Shown in pieces: positions 28,879 to 56,584 of a stretch of DNA of 64,000 nucleotides. The position numbers and the translations under genes were made by a program. Origin of the DNA: the human T2T-CHM13v2.0 reference genome, Homo sapiens; NCBI RefSeq assembly GCF_009914755.1, contig NC_060940.1; one strand, given 5' to 3'. The notes under the pieces are model-generated. The model saw nothing but the letters and a program-made list of their open reading frames with translations. It did not search any database and was not told the origin of the DNA. Numbering within the stretch: the stretch's first letter is position 1; each line of letters begins with the position of its first letter.

Positions 28879-30564
28879 TGACTGTCTGTTCTTCCACCCA
28901 TGAACATGTTGTGGGACCAGCACGGCCTCTGCGCTGGGCTTGGCCCCGGGGCCTCTGTGGTGAACCAGCACCAGAGCAAGGCCAGCGGGCTGCGGCAGGA
29001 CAAATGGGTGAGGTGCTGCTGCTGTCAGCGTAGCAGGCCGGGGGTGAGATGGGAACTAGGCAGGCAGCCCTCTCTGAGGAGGGGTGGAGGGGAGAAAGGA
29101 CACCCTGACAACCAGGTAAAGACCATCTGGCCCAGGTGAGGAAGCAGTCCTGAGGTGGGGCGAGGGGCCCAGGACGAGGATGGAGAGATACTGCAGGCTC
29201 TGCAGGCTGAGAGGAGCGTGCAGGCAAGCTCTGGGTCAAGGGGGCCTGCAGAGCAATGGGCAGAGTGGGTGGCCACAGACCCTCAGGAGGCAGCATTGGC
29301 AGGAGAAGGGGGAGGAAGAGGACAGTCAGGAGGCCTCAGAGTCTGCAGGCTGAGCACCAGCAGGTTGAGGCTGATGGGGCCGTGTCTCAGTCTAACTGAT
29401 AAGCTGCAACCCTTAAGTAACATCTTAAGAGGATAGGTGTGTACTTTATACATTTATTTAACGTTTGTCCTTCTGTACAAAGCTTTCAGTAGCGGCTTTG
29501 TGAGAATTTTGGCGTCTCACATCCTGTGCCTTGAGGCTTGCTGCATGGCGTGCTGCAGGTCCTCCCTCCAGGCCTTCTGGAAAGTCTGGTTCTCCTCAGG
29601 TTACTCCTGGGACATGGCAGCTGTGCCCATGACCCTCGGGATGAGTTTGTTCTCTAACTGATTCACCGGTTAGCTCTGGGGAGATTCTAGGTGTAAATTT
29701 TTTCCTCTTAGTTTGAAAAATCCATTATGGGCCAGGCACAGTGGCTCATACCTGTAATCCCAGCACTTTGGGAGACTGAGGTGAGAGGATCAGTTGATCC
29801 CAGGAGGGTGAGACCAGCCTGGGCAACATAGTGAGACCTTGGCTGTGCAAAAAAATAAAGTAGTTGAGCATTGTGGCGTATGCCTGTAGTCCCAGCTACT
29901 TGGGAGGTTGAGGTGGGAGCATCCCAGGAGGTGGAGGCTGCAGTGAGCTGTGTTTGTGCCACTGCACTCCATGCACTCCAGCCTGGTGACAGACCCTGTC
30001 TCAAAAACAAACAAAACAAAAAAAACTTGCCATTAATTCCAAACAGAATTTTGTGTGTAATAGAGAATGCGATCTTTATGACACTGATGCTTTGGTACTT
30101 GCTGGGCCGGCTGGGTGGTTTTTATGCATGTGATGGGTACGCCTGAGAGGATGCTTCTTTTCTAATCATTGGTCCCCTGAGTTCATGGAGGTGCGAGCTG
30201 GAGACTCACGTTAGCTTGGTCTCAGTCGCAGGGAGGAGAAAAGCCGCTCATGAAGCTGGTAGCTGTGTCGTTTTTGTTTTGTATAGCTGTGTTTCGTCTT
30301 CACTCTTAAGTCAAGAATTACTGGATGCAGGCTTCTAGGTTGATGGTGAGGGAGCCCGGGGACCCCCAGAACTGGTTGTCATTGGAGAGGCCTCAGTGTT
30401 TGGGGCTGAGATGGGTGCATGGAGGCCAAGCACAAGACCCCAGGAGGCAGTTACCACTTCCATGAAAAACAAGAAGTGGAATAAGACAGCCTGTACTTCT
30501 TGGTCCAGTAACAAGCCATATTTTACATAGCCATAATAGTTAAATTGAATATTGATGTAACTGA

Positions 30565-31078
<514 letters not shown>

Positions 31079-32504
31079 TAACTCCACGCATTTTGAATAA
31101 AACCAGGAATTCTTTGTTGTGACTGCTGGTCTTGTTATAAATGTTACAACCCATTTCCTCGGTGCCACAAAGACTCAGAGCACTCAGGGCCCTGGCCAGT
31201 CACTGGCTGTGCTGGTCTCGGCTTGTCATAGGGTAAACTTGCTCTGCACAATGTGGCTGGCAGAGCGTGTTCCTGGGCCTGTGACTGAGGGCAGCCTGCA
31301 GGAGATTTGGGCTGGAGATGTGTTCCCTCGGGAGTCAGGGACACAGCCTGTCATGGAGAGTTAAGACGGGTCTTTTGTAGGTTTGGACAGGTGAAGTGCT
31401 CAGATCCCTCTGCAGGGTCAAGGCTGGGAACAGCAGTGGCCCCGGGTACCATGACATGGGCAGGAGGGAGCCACCTGGGTCCACGATTCTGTCGTCAGGG
31501 TAGGGGTTGGTTTGTTCCTGTGGACCATGGCTAACGTGAAATGGGGCAAGCTCAGCTCTAGGGGTTCCTGGGAGGCCTTGGCTTGGAAGGTGCCCACTCT
31601 CAGCTCAGGAGTCAGGGTGTGGGAGATGCCCACCAAGCAAAATGAAGCCTCTAGCCTGGCCTGCTGCCCTCGGAGGAGCCCGATGCTCTGTCTGGGAAGC
31701 CTGGGGGCTGCCAGCTGTGGACTGTGGCTGCCTGTGGTTGCCGGTGTCTTGGCTTAGTGACTGAAGGGGTGAGAGAGTGATCGTCCAAGGACAGCCCATC
31801 TCCAGATGTTTCTTAGTGGTTGCCCAGCCACCTGACACGCCAAGCTGGGGCCTTCTCCCAGACACCGTCCCCTTCTCTCTTTGCTGTCACCTGGGCCAAT
31901 CCCACAGCAGCTGGGGCACCCCGTTCTCCTTCCCAGCAGCTGACAGATGGGCCTGGGAGGGCTCCTGCGCCTGTCTGCTTGAGAGGGCGGTGAGCTAGTC
32001 ATCGTGAGCCGGCCAGGGCTCTCCTATCTCACTGCATGAGAGCTTGAGCCAGGCTGGTGGAGGTGGCTGCAGCCGAGGGAGAGCACGGCTGGCACCTGTG
32101 AGGACCATGGATGGGGACACATGGGGCAACGGGCCCGTGAGTGCTGTCGAACCAGCCTGTTCCAGGCTCTGGGACGTAGCACGAAACGGCAGTGCAGAAC
32201 CCCTGCCCTTGGGAGCTGGCTTTCTAGTGGGAGACAGACCACAAAGTAAGGCAGGAGCTAGGGAGGCAGAGGAGTGGGGAGGCCTCCCTGAGAACGTCTG
32301 GGATGGGAAGGCAGCATCCCAGCAGGGCTGCACCTGGCATGTTTGGAGGCCACAGGGAGGCAGGGTCAGAAGGAGCAGGTGAGAGGCAGGCCTCACAATT
32401 CTGTCTCCAGCTCCAGGCTCCTGAAGAGGATGGTGGGGCATCCCTGAGAGCTGGTGTGAGGGGTGGGACACTGAGCTGACTGCAGAGCTGACTGCAGAGT
32501 GGAG

Positions 32505-33878
32505 TGGGCGTCAGGGAGGAGGTGCAGTAGCCTCAGGGAGGAGGTGCTGGGACGTCAGGGAGGAGGTGCAGGGGCCTCAGGGAGGAGGTGCTGGGACGTC
32601 AGGGAGGAGGTGCAGGGGCGTCAGGGAGGAGGTGCGGGGGCGTCAGGGAGGAGGTGCAGGGGCCTCAGGGAGGAGGTGCTGGGACGTCAGGGAGGAGGTG
32701 CTGGGGCCTCAGGGAGGAGGTGCTGGGGCGTCAGGGAGGAGGTGCTGGGGCCTCAGGGAGGAGGTGCTGGGGCCTCAGGGAGGAGGTGCAGGGGCGTCAG
32801 GGAGGAGGTGCAGGGGCGTCAGGGAGGAGGTGCTGGGGCCTCAGGGAGGAGGTGCTGGGACGTCAGGGAGGAGGTGCAGGGGCCTCAGGGAGGAGGTGCT
32901 GGGGCCTCAGGGAGGAGGTGCTGGGACGTCAGGGAGGAGGTGCAGGGGCCTCAGGGAGGAGGTGCAGGGGCGTCAGGGAGGAGGTGCAGGGGCGTCAGGG
33001 AGGAGGTGCTGGGGCGTCAGGGAGGAGGTGCTGGGGCCTCAGGGAGGAGGTGCAGGGGCGTTGGAGGAGGTGCAGGGAAGTCAGGGAGGAGGTGCAGGGG
33101 CGTCAGGGAGGAGGTGCTGGGGCCTCAGGGAGGAGGTGCAGGGGCCTCAGGGAGGAGGTGCAGGGGCGTCAGGGAGGAGGTGCAGGGAAGTCAGGGAGGA
33201 GGTGCTGGGGCGTCAGGGAGGAGGTGCAGGGAAGTCAGGGAGGAGGTGCAGGGGCGTCAGGGAGGAGGTGCTGGGGCGTCAGGGAGGAGGTGCAGGGAAG
33301 TCAGGGAGGAGGTGCAGGGGCGTCAGGGAGGAGGTGCAGGGGCCTCAGGGAGGAGGTGCAGGGGCGTCAGGGAGGAGGTGCAGGGAAGTCAGGGAGGAGG
33401 TGCAGGGGCGTCAGGGAGGAGATGCTGGGACGTCAGGGAGGAGGTCCTTGGGCGTCAGGGAGGAGGTGCTGGGGCGTCAGGGAGGAGGTGCTGGGGCGTC
33501 AGGGAGGAGGTGCTGGGGCGTCAGGGAGGAGGTGCTGGGGCGTCAGGGAGGAGGTGCTGGGGCGTCAGGGAGGAGGAGGTCCTGGGGCGTCAGGGAGGAG
33601 GTGCTGGGGCGTCAGGGAGGAGGTGCTGGGGCGTCAGGGAGGAGGTGCAGGGGCGTCAGGGAGGAGGAGGTCCTGGGGCGTCAGGGAGGAGGTGCTGGGG
33701 CGTCAGGGAGGAGGTGCTGGGGCATCAGGGAGGAGGTGCTGGGGCGTCAGGGAGGAGGTGCAGGGGCGTCAGGGAGGAGGAGGTCCTGGGGCGTCAGGGA
33801 GGAGGTGCTGGGGCGTCAGGGAGGAGGTGCAGGGGCGTCAGGGAGGAGGAGGTCCTGGGGCGTCAGGGAGGAGGTGCT
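32505..33878. repeat. 22-bp G-rich minisatellite, about 62 copies, unit GGGGCGTCAGGGAGGAGGTGC(T/A)
   Basis: Direct periodicity. Variants are gcctcag, gacgtcag, gaagtcag and 25-bp gaggaggaggtcct units. Confidence 0.99.
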
Positions 33879-34609
33879 GCCATGGCATTGGACACATGGC
33901 CTCTGGGGCTGCGGGGTCTGCTTTACTTTTGAGTAATTTGATGTCATGATTTATGTTTCGTTCGGAAGGAGAGTGAAACTAGAATAAAACGAAGTCGAAG
34001 ATGATTTTGGAATTATTTCATAGCATTTAGAAGAAAGGAAAATGTGATCATCCAAACCGCACTTCAGCCAAAGTTCACTTCAGGTGTTAGCTCCATCGTG
34101 GCTGCAGCAGCCTGTGTTGTCTGTCAGCCCTGTCTGCGTCGAGGAGTGACCAGCAGGATGTGCTGGCCTAGTTTGCTGGGAAGCACAAGGAGGCTTTCCT
34201 GTCACAGCCACAGGCCTTGTTTCAGGAATAGAATGAGATAGAGAGGGATTGTTCCAAATAGGCCATTGCTGTGTCTCACACACCCTCACGCTTTGGAAGA
34301 ATAAGGGAAACGCACGTGAAAAATTCCTAATTAATTGAAAATTGTTTTAGTTTTTATAAGGAAAACTAATATGAGAATGGTATTTAGGTCCTACCAAGAA
34401 TATAAAAATGCCATCTGTGTTCATATCCCCTGCTCCGCCCTCTGGGGCAAGACCCTCAGATTGTTTGCCCACTGTCAGAACCTGAGCTGTCATGCGCTGT
34501 GTCCAAAATGCTTCGCTGTATATTGAAAGTTTTTAGTTCTGTGTTTCAGTGTTTATAAGCGCAGGCAAGACTGTTAGCATTTTAAAATGTAATTTAATTT
34601 TTAATTTAT

Positions 34610-35980
<1,371 letters not shown>

Positions 35981-36841
35981 ACCTTCACTTTTAAAATAAG
36001 TGATTGACATTAGAATAGATTGTGTTAAAGGTATTAAGTAATGCTATTTTATAAGTAGCTGGTCTATTTTAGGCAAGTAGTTGAATTAATAGTGAGACAG
36101 TGTGAAGACACCTAAGTGTCTTCTGTCACTCACAGGCCCTGGAAGGTGCTTTGACCTGTGAATATCACTGAGACGCTGGAAGCCAGTGCCTTTTCCTACA
36201 GGAGGAGAGGCAGGTGCTGCGGGATTGGTTGTGTTTGCAAAGTGATGACTGTAGCTGACGTAAGAATTATAGCCTGTCTCTCATGAGAAGATAGCTTTTC
36301 CTTTAAAGTTTTTCTCATAGAACATTGATTATAGAAGATAAGCAAAAAAAGAAAATAAAATGAAAACTGCGCGTGAACCCAGCACCCAGGAAAAGATGTT
36401 GTTTTTGTATTATTTCATCATACCTACACCTTCTCATGTAAATGTTTTTAAAGGTTTAAATCTGATTGGTACCTAACACTTTTTAAAGGCCATGGACAGT
36501 TTTATGGAGCTCAATGTCTTGCTCTTTTTTTTTTTTTGCAGTGCTGTCTGCTTCTTTTAAGAAATAAAAAGTTTATCTCCTACCTCTGCATCTCCTCCTC
36601 AGAATTCTCTCCAGAAGCCTTGTTCCTGTGGGCAACGCATCTCTGACCCGTTGGCAAGGCTGTTTTCTCTCCCTGGATTTCTCATGCTCACTCCCTTGCT
36701 TGTCTTGACCCCCCCCAGGGCCCCCAACTCCCACACATCTGTCCCTGGGGGCCTCCTTCCCAGGGAGTCCCGAGGCCGCCAGGGGTCCCGTCACTGGGTG
36801 GCTATGGGTGGCCTGTTGAGCACGAGGTCTTCTCCCTGCAG

Positions 36842-36936
36842 ATCCTGATGGCCAGTGCTACGGTGGTGTCGCTTCTGCCCAAGATGAGGAGCCCCTGGCC
36901 TGCCCGGACGAGTTCGATGACTTCGTCACCTATGAG
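36842..36936 (+). CDS. RAB11FIP3: RAB11FIP3 coding exon 3 (95 bp): (D)PDGQCYGGVASAQDEEPLACPDEFDDFVTYE
   Basis: Pyrimidine tract and acceptor tcttctccctgcag|AT. It ends GAG|gcaagt (GC donor), which keeps frame with exon 4. Confidence 0.95.
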
Positions 36937-38281
36937 GCAAGTGGTTTTCACCCAGGAGCTTGGGGGAAGTCTGGCATCCACCTCTTCCTTTATGCCCTAC
37001 AGCTCGTGCCTCCTGCCTCCGGGCTGTCTTCCGTAGAAGCTGGCGTGAAGGAAGGGCCTCCCGCCCTGTGTGCACCGTGGGGCTCTGTGGCTGTGACGGG
37101 AGGCCCACAGTTGTCTGTCCCACACGCCCTGTCAGCCTGGGCAGGAATCCTCCCCCAGGGCCTGTCGCCAGCAGAAGTGGGGTGGGCAGTGATGTCATGA
37201 CCACCCGCTGCCAGGCTGGCAGGCACAGGCGGAGCAGAGGGCTTGGGAGGATTCCTTTTGTCAACTTGCAAATGATTTTCTGTGTTTGGGGATGCCTGAC
37301 TAATGCCTGCCCCTGCTTGGCTGTCCTCCACCCTGCTCCCAGATGCAGCCAGGGTTGTCATGGTGACGTGGCGTCTCCTGTGTCTCCTGTCACTGTGGGT
37401 CCCTTGTTCTCAACATAGCTGGGGAGAGGGTCTTCGAGCACAGCCGTGGTCGACAGAGCGTAACCATGTCCGCCGGTCTGGAGGGTTAGATTCCAGGAGA
37501 GCCACGTGGCTGCAGCAGAAAATGCATGAAGTTGAACTTGAGCCCTTGGGGGCCGCCGGGAAGGTGGAGGTGGCAGCCGCCAGTCCTGGTCAGCCTGCTG
37601 CCGAGCAAGGGTACCAGAAGTGGGGCTGAGCTGCTGGCCGGTAGGGCCTGGGCTTCTCATGTCAGTCCTCTGAGCCCTGACTCCTCGAAAGCTGAGGCTG
37701 GCACAGGGTAGTTTTTGAGTTGCTTTTGGACGCCACTGTACCGTGGGAGCCATGGTATTATACTCAGTTCCCTGTTCCGAGAAGCTGCCCCAGGGATTAG
37801 TCACCCTCACCCTTGGGTGGGCAGCTTAACTTCTGCCCACACAGACCCTGGGGGTGGTTCTGCCTTACGGCGGTGTCCCAGTTATCAGCTGGGCTGCAGC
37901 TTCTGGGGCCAGGGCGCCCACCGTGGGTCCCATGTTTGGCCTTGGTGTGCTCTTTCTGCACGTGAGGCAGCAGTGAGGTGCTGGCTAAGAGGGCGTGTGG
38001 TGGGAGTTGGACCCTCTCGCATGGCTGCAGTGTGCAGAACGTGCTGGGAGACCCCAGGACTACAGACGGTGGCTCCTGTGCCCTGAGAAGGACCCGGCTT
38101 CTTCACGAGGAGATGCCCAAGGCTCTGCAGGGTAACCCAGAGCCCTTGGTCTGCAACGTCCGGGGAACTGTGTGTTCCTGGGCGTTCATGTGCCTGTGCA
38201 CTCTTTCTCACGTGTATCTGTCTTTTTGTTCCCCTCTCATGTTTGTTAGGGCATTGTTGATTGTTTATATCCTATGTATGG

Positions 38282-38690
38282 TGCAGTGGCTGAAGAGTGG
38301 CCTCTCAAAAGATATGTCCACCCAGCAGCTGTGGATGTGGCCTTATTTGGAAAAAGGGTCTTTGCGGATGTAGTTCATTAAGGATCTCAAGGTGATATCA
38401 TGCTGGTTTGGGCCCTAAATCCAGTGACAGGTGTCCCTGGAAGACGGGAGAGACACACAGGGGGAAGACCATAGGAAGACAGGGCAGAGACTGACCAGAG
38501 CCAGGGAACTCCTGGGGCTCCCAGAAGCCAGCAGAGGCAAAGATGCATCCTCTCCGAGAGCCTTAGGCAGGAGCCAGCCCTGCTCACACCTTGGCTTTGG
38601 ACTTCGGGCCTCCAGAACTGAGAGGATAAACTGGTGTTTCTTCACGCCCCGTGGTCTGTGCTAGTTCGTTATGGCAGCCCTGGGCAGGGA
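38282..38690 (+). mobile_element. MaLR MLT1 (MLT1C-like) solo LTR
   Basis: Motifs ccttatttggaaaaagggtctttgcggatgta, gggccctaaatccagtgac, ggcctccagaactgagaggataaa and gttatggcagccct. Confidence 0.85.
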
Positions 38691-38889
38691 AACCTTGAGT
38701 GACGTTACTCGAGGCACCAAAGGCACCAGTGCATTTTATCCTTAAAGGCCCACGTGGTCTGAAGGGTGTGGCCGAGCCTCACGCTTGTCACTTCAGAAGG
38801 GTGGGAACCTGACATGTCAGAGCTAATCCTTCTCATATTTTTAGATCCTGATTTCTTTTTTAGAATGGAAGAAAGTTTTTTGACTTAAA

Positions 38890-39590
38890 AAAATGAATAT
38901 GCTTCATGTTTTAGAGCAATTTTAGGTTTACAGAAAATGGAACATAGTGTAGAGCATTCCGGGATCACGTTACATGATTATTTGTTTTGTTTTGTTTGAG
39001 ACGGTCTGCTCTATTACTCAGGCTGGAGTGTGGTGGTACAGTCTCGATCTTGGCTCACCACAACCTTCGCCTCCTGCGCTCAAGTGTTCTTCTTTCTCAG
39101 CCTTTCCAGTGGCTGGGACCACACTCAGTAACCACCACGCCCAGCTGATTTTTTGTATTTTTTTTTGTAGAGATGGGGTTTCACCGTGTTGCCTAGGCTG
39201 CTCTCAAACTCCTGAGTTCAAGCGATCCACCCGTCTTGGCCTCCTAAAGTGCTGGTATTACAGGCGTGAGCCACCGCACCCAGCCTGATATGTTAGTATT
39301 AGCCAAAGTCCGTAGTTGAGGGTTCACTCTTGGTGGTGTGTATTCCGTGTTTTGACAGGTCCACGATTATAGTGTCACAGAGTCGATTCAGTGCCGGCTC
39401 ATCCCTCACACCAGCCCCCACAACCACCGATCCTCCGTGTCTCCACAGCTCTGCCTCTTCCAGAACGCCACGGAGCTAGAACCATCTGGCATGCAGCCTT
39501 TTCAGATGCGCCTCTTTCCCTTAGTGAATACGCAGTTACCTCTCCTCCATGTCTTGCTTTGCTTTTTAAGGGTGGGATGTAATTTTCCAC
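38890..39590 (-). mobile_element. Old L1M 3' UTR fragment interrupted by an Alu (38990-39285)
   Basis: ttttagagcaattttaggtttacagaaaa, agggttcactcttggtggtgtgtattc, gcagccttttcaga. Confidence 0.6.
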
Positions 39591-40576
39591 AAAGTGGAGT
39601 TCGATACTGTGAAACTTATGGAAAATTTGCTCTTTTAAAAAACAGCTTGCACATCATGTCATCTTAAAAAAAAAAAGTCTAATAAAGATATGAGTAGGGA
39701 GTATGTGTTCCATCCAGATACCCTATTCGGGGACCCTCCACTGGTAGTCTTCAGGTAAATAAACCTTTGATTGATTGGTTGATTGGTTGATTGATTGATA
39801 TTCTGAATGGTTCCAGTCAGACCCATTTCTCTTTACTGGGAGCATCGCAGTGCTCACACCGGGGTGGTCGGGTAAAATGTGCAGTTAGTCATGGCCGAGC
39901 TAGTGGGTCTGCTGGCTCGCACTGTTTTCCCAGGGATCCTTTCAGCAGGCAGCTTATAACGGGAAAGTTGCTGCTATGGTGTCTGAGTAAGTGGGGAGAG
40001 TAGAAGGGGATGGACTGTGGCGCCGCTGAGTTCCTGGGCATGGTGATGTCTGAGGATCTGAGCAGGTGGAGCCCAGGGGGTGGTGGGGCTGTTTGTCGGG
40101 TTTCTGGAAGAGCGAAGGGAAAGTCAGGGAGTGTAAGGCGCATCTCACAGAATCGTCGGGCCGCGCTCTCTCCCGTCCTCCCTCCTTCTCCCACTACTGG
40201 CGATGTCTGGAGCAAAGAGCTGCCTTAGTGAAATGATAGTGAAATGTGTCTTTTGTGCAAACCATTATCAGCTTAGGAAGCCAAAAACAAAAGCCACTCT
40301 GTTTTCAGCCCTGACTGACTAACCGTTTTTTAAACCAGCAAGGACACTTCCTGAACTTTGCCTTCCCCTCCCTGGGCAACACCAGCAGGAGGTTTATTAG
40401 AGCGTGTCTGGGAGCAGGTTAAACTTTCTCCTAGGTGGTGATGTGCCTCCAGGTGAGCGCACAGGCTTTGCAGAAACCCCAGCATGACAAGCAAGTAGGA
40501 AGGTGACATTGTTGTTTGAGAAAAGCCAGTGACCCGGTTGGGACGGAGACACGATGGGGAGCCGGTCTCCAACAGC

Positions 40577-40591
40577 ATGCCCTTCCTGAAG
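40577..40591 (+). CDS. RAB11FIP3: Coding part of a probable alternative first exon (MPFLK) of a short RAB11FIP3 isoform
   Basis: aacagcATGCCCTTCCTGAAG|gtgtgt has A at -3 and a phase-0 donor that joins exon 4 in frame (MPFLK-ANEVTD). This fits my recollection of a short N-truncated isoform. The 5' end of the exon cannot be determined. Confidence 0.7.
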
Positions 40592-41389
40592 GTGTGTACA
40601 GAGCCAGGCCCAGCCTGTGAGGCCACCCGGGCCAGCATCTGAGGGTAAGAGGAGGCAGTAGTGTGCACTGTGCCCAGTATTCCTATTTCTGTGGTGGAGA
40701 GAGGCTCAGGGAAGAAGGAACTGTGACGGGGACAGTGTTGGCCCCACTTGAGTTACTGATGGCCCTGAACGGGCTTTTTCTCTGTCCGCTGGTGATTTAG
40801 GGGACTTGTTAATTAGTGAATGTAACGTTTCAACATAGCGACGTTTTCCAAGATGCACTTTGATTTTCAAGCGAGTTCATCTTAACATTGGTAATTTGTA
40901 AAAATGTTAAAAAGTTGGTAGCATAGACTTGATGGCTTCTGGGCAAGGCCAGGTCCTGGCTGGCTGGCAAATAAAATAAACTGCCGGGGCCGGTGTGAGC
41001 TGTTACTGCATTTTATCCAGGAGGCCGGGAGTGAGCAGGCACCGTGCTCTGAGGTACATTTTTGTCTCTGGAAAGGCAGGTGATGGCTGCCCTGGAAAAC
41101 TCCATGTAGGGAGGCCTTGAACTGCAGAAACCAACCCGCAGGGCTGAATTGGGAAGTGAGCAGGTGGGGTGGCTCCTGTGAGCCTCATGAGCTGTCTGGA
41201 ACCCCCAGGGCATCCAGCCGGCCAGGGGCTCTGAGTATCGATGGCGATGGCATGGAAGTGGACGTCCACAACCCCAGAGCAAATAAAGGGGTGGGTGCAG
41301 TCACCGAAGCCGCTGAGGAGTGGAACTGTTCATCTCTGTGGGATCTACAGTGCACGGAGCCACTCTGCAATGGCAGGGAGGCCCGGCTT

Positions 41390-47687
<6,298 letters not shown>

Positions 47688-47825
47688 TAGAGACAGTTGG
47701 GACTTCAGGCGTCAGACCCCTCCCTCCACACTGCCCTCTCCAGGGCCTTGCAGCAGTGAGGTGTGGGGCGTTCGCAGTTCCCCTCCCAGCTTGTGCCCGC
47801 TGACTGCTGGCGCACTCTCTCCTAG

Positions 47826-48037
47826 GCCAACGAGGTGACGGACAGCGCGTACATGGGCTCCGAGAGCACCTACAGTGAGTGTGAGACCTTCACGGACGAG
47901 GACACCAGCACCCTGGTGCACCCTGAGCTGCAACCTGAAGGGGACGCAGACAGTGCCGGCGGCTCGGCCGTGCCCTCTGAGTGCCTGGACGCCATGGAGG
48001 AGCCCGACCATGGTGCCCTGCTGCTGCTCCCAGGCAG
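47826..48037 (+). CDS. RAB11FIP3: RAB11FIP3 coding exon 4 (212 bp): ANEVTDSAYMGSESTYSECETFTDEDTSTLVHPELQPEGDADSAGGSAVPSECLDAMEEPDHGALLLLPG(R)
   Basis: Acceptor ctctctcctag|GCC and donor CAG|gtctgt. Overlaps track ORF 47835..48179. Phase 0 to phase 2. Confidence 0.97.
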
Positions 48038-48575
48038 GTCTGTACCCCGCCACGGGCCTCCTGGAGAGGCCTTGGGATGTGGCACCCTGTGGAGGTGTCT
48101 GATGGGCAGACTGGGGTCTTGGAGGAGTGCGTGCTGGTTAGCATCCATTATGTGGGGGTGGGGCTTGGCCCTGCAGTAGCTCCTGACCTTCCTGGGATGA
48201 GCCCACACCGTCCTGCCCGCCTTGCCCGAGCAGTCTCCCTGTTCCAGCTGACTTTCCTGTCAGGACGACTGGTTTCAAATGTTGCTCAACATCTTTAGCT
48301 GTAGAGATAGAAATTATAGAAGTGAATGTCTCGGCAGGGTTTTGGAACCCGTTCACCTTTGCAGCACCCCTGAGGAGGCCATGTTCTCTCCCCACCTGTC
48401 CCCCACCCTCAGGATTTCTGTAGCCCCCGTATTTCGAGCTAGTTGGGGCCGGAGTAGAGGGACGGGCAGAGTCTGGGAGAAGGTCAGATGAAGGAGGTGT
48501 CCAGTGGCTCACGTGGACCTGCTTTCCGTGTTGCCCCTGCTACTGGAAAGTCCGCTCAGCACGCTGAAGTGTAAT

Positions 48576-55940
<7,365 letters not shown>

Positions 55941-56449
55941 TAACGCACATCTTAAAAAATCACAAAACTATTGTAGATTTATCATTCATGCATAGTTTTT
56001 GCTAGAGGTGGTTTTTGGAGTAATCATAAATATAGTACAGTAAGTACAAGTTTACCCGGAGACATGGTTCGCTATCACATTGATGTGTTTTTGGCAAAAG
56101 AGAAAGCAGTATGGTTTTTTACCTTCTTGTTAAAGAAGGGCTTTTGCTTTGCAAGGAGGCTCTCAGGCTGCCCCTGCTTTCTTCTGGGCACCCGACCCAG
56201 AGGAGCAGGTGTGTGCAGGGCCCCCTGAGGCTCGAGCTGGTGCCTGTCCTGGGCTCCTGGAGGCAGCTGAGGGATGTGGGCTCACTGCGGTCTAAAGGCA
56301 AGAGCCAGAACATTGCACAGCTCATTCTCTCTCCACGTGCTTTTGTTCCACACCATGTCCTGTCCTGTTCCCCTCGGCCCCTCGTGCGGAGTCACAGATG
56401 ACCACACGGGTCCTCATCCTCTCCTGAACGGATGCTTCTGTCTCTCTAG

Positions 56450-56584
56450 CACTGACCCTCTTGCCGCAAAGCTGCACAGCATCCTCACTGATGAGGCGTT
56501 TGAGTTTTACTGTAGCCAGTGCCACAAACAAATCAACCGCCTTGAGGATCTTTCTGCCCGCCTGAGTGATCTTGAAATGAATAG
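56450..56584 (+). CDS. RAB11FIP3: RAB11FIP3 in-frame cassette exon (135 bp, 45 codons): (S)TDPLAAKLHSILTDEAFEFYCSQCHKQINRLEDLSARLSDLEMN
   Basis: Acceptor ttctgtctctctag|C and donor TAG|gtaact. Symmetric phase 2-2 and open in the exon 5 frame. It forms the tail of track ORF 56274..56588. Confidence 0.85.

Noticed and set aside
32499-33949. Three overlapping 450-480 aa Gly/Arg/Glu-rich ORFs
   Set aside because: A stop-free 22-bp unit cycles through all frames. They begin at GTG and are purely a repeat artefact.
36937-36946. Canonical GT donor at 36941 for exon 3
   Set aside because: It adds 4 nt, breaks frame with exon 4, and has a poor consensus (CAA|GTGGTT).
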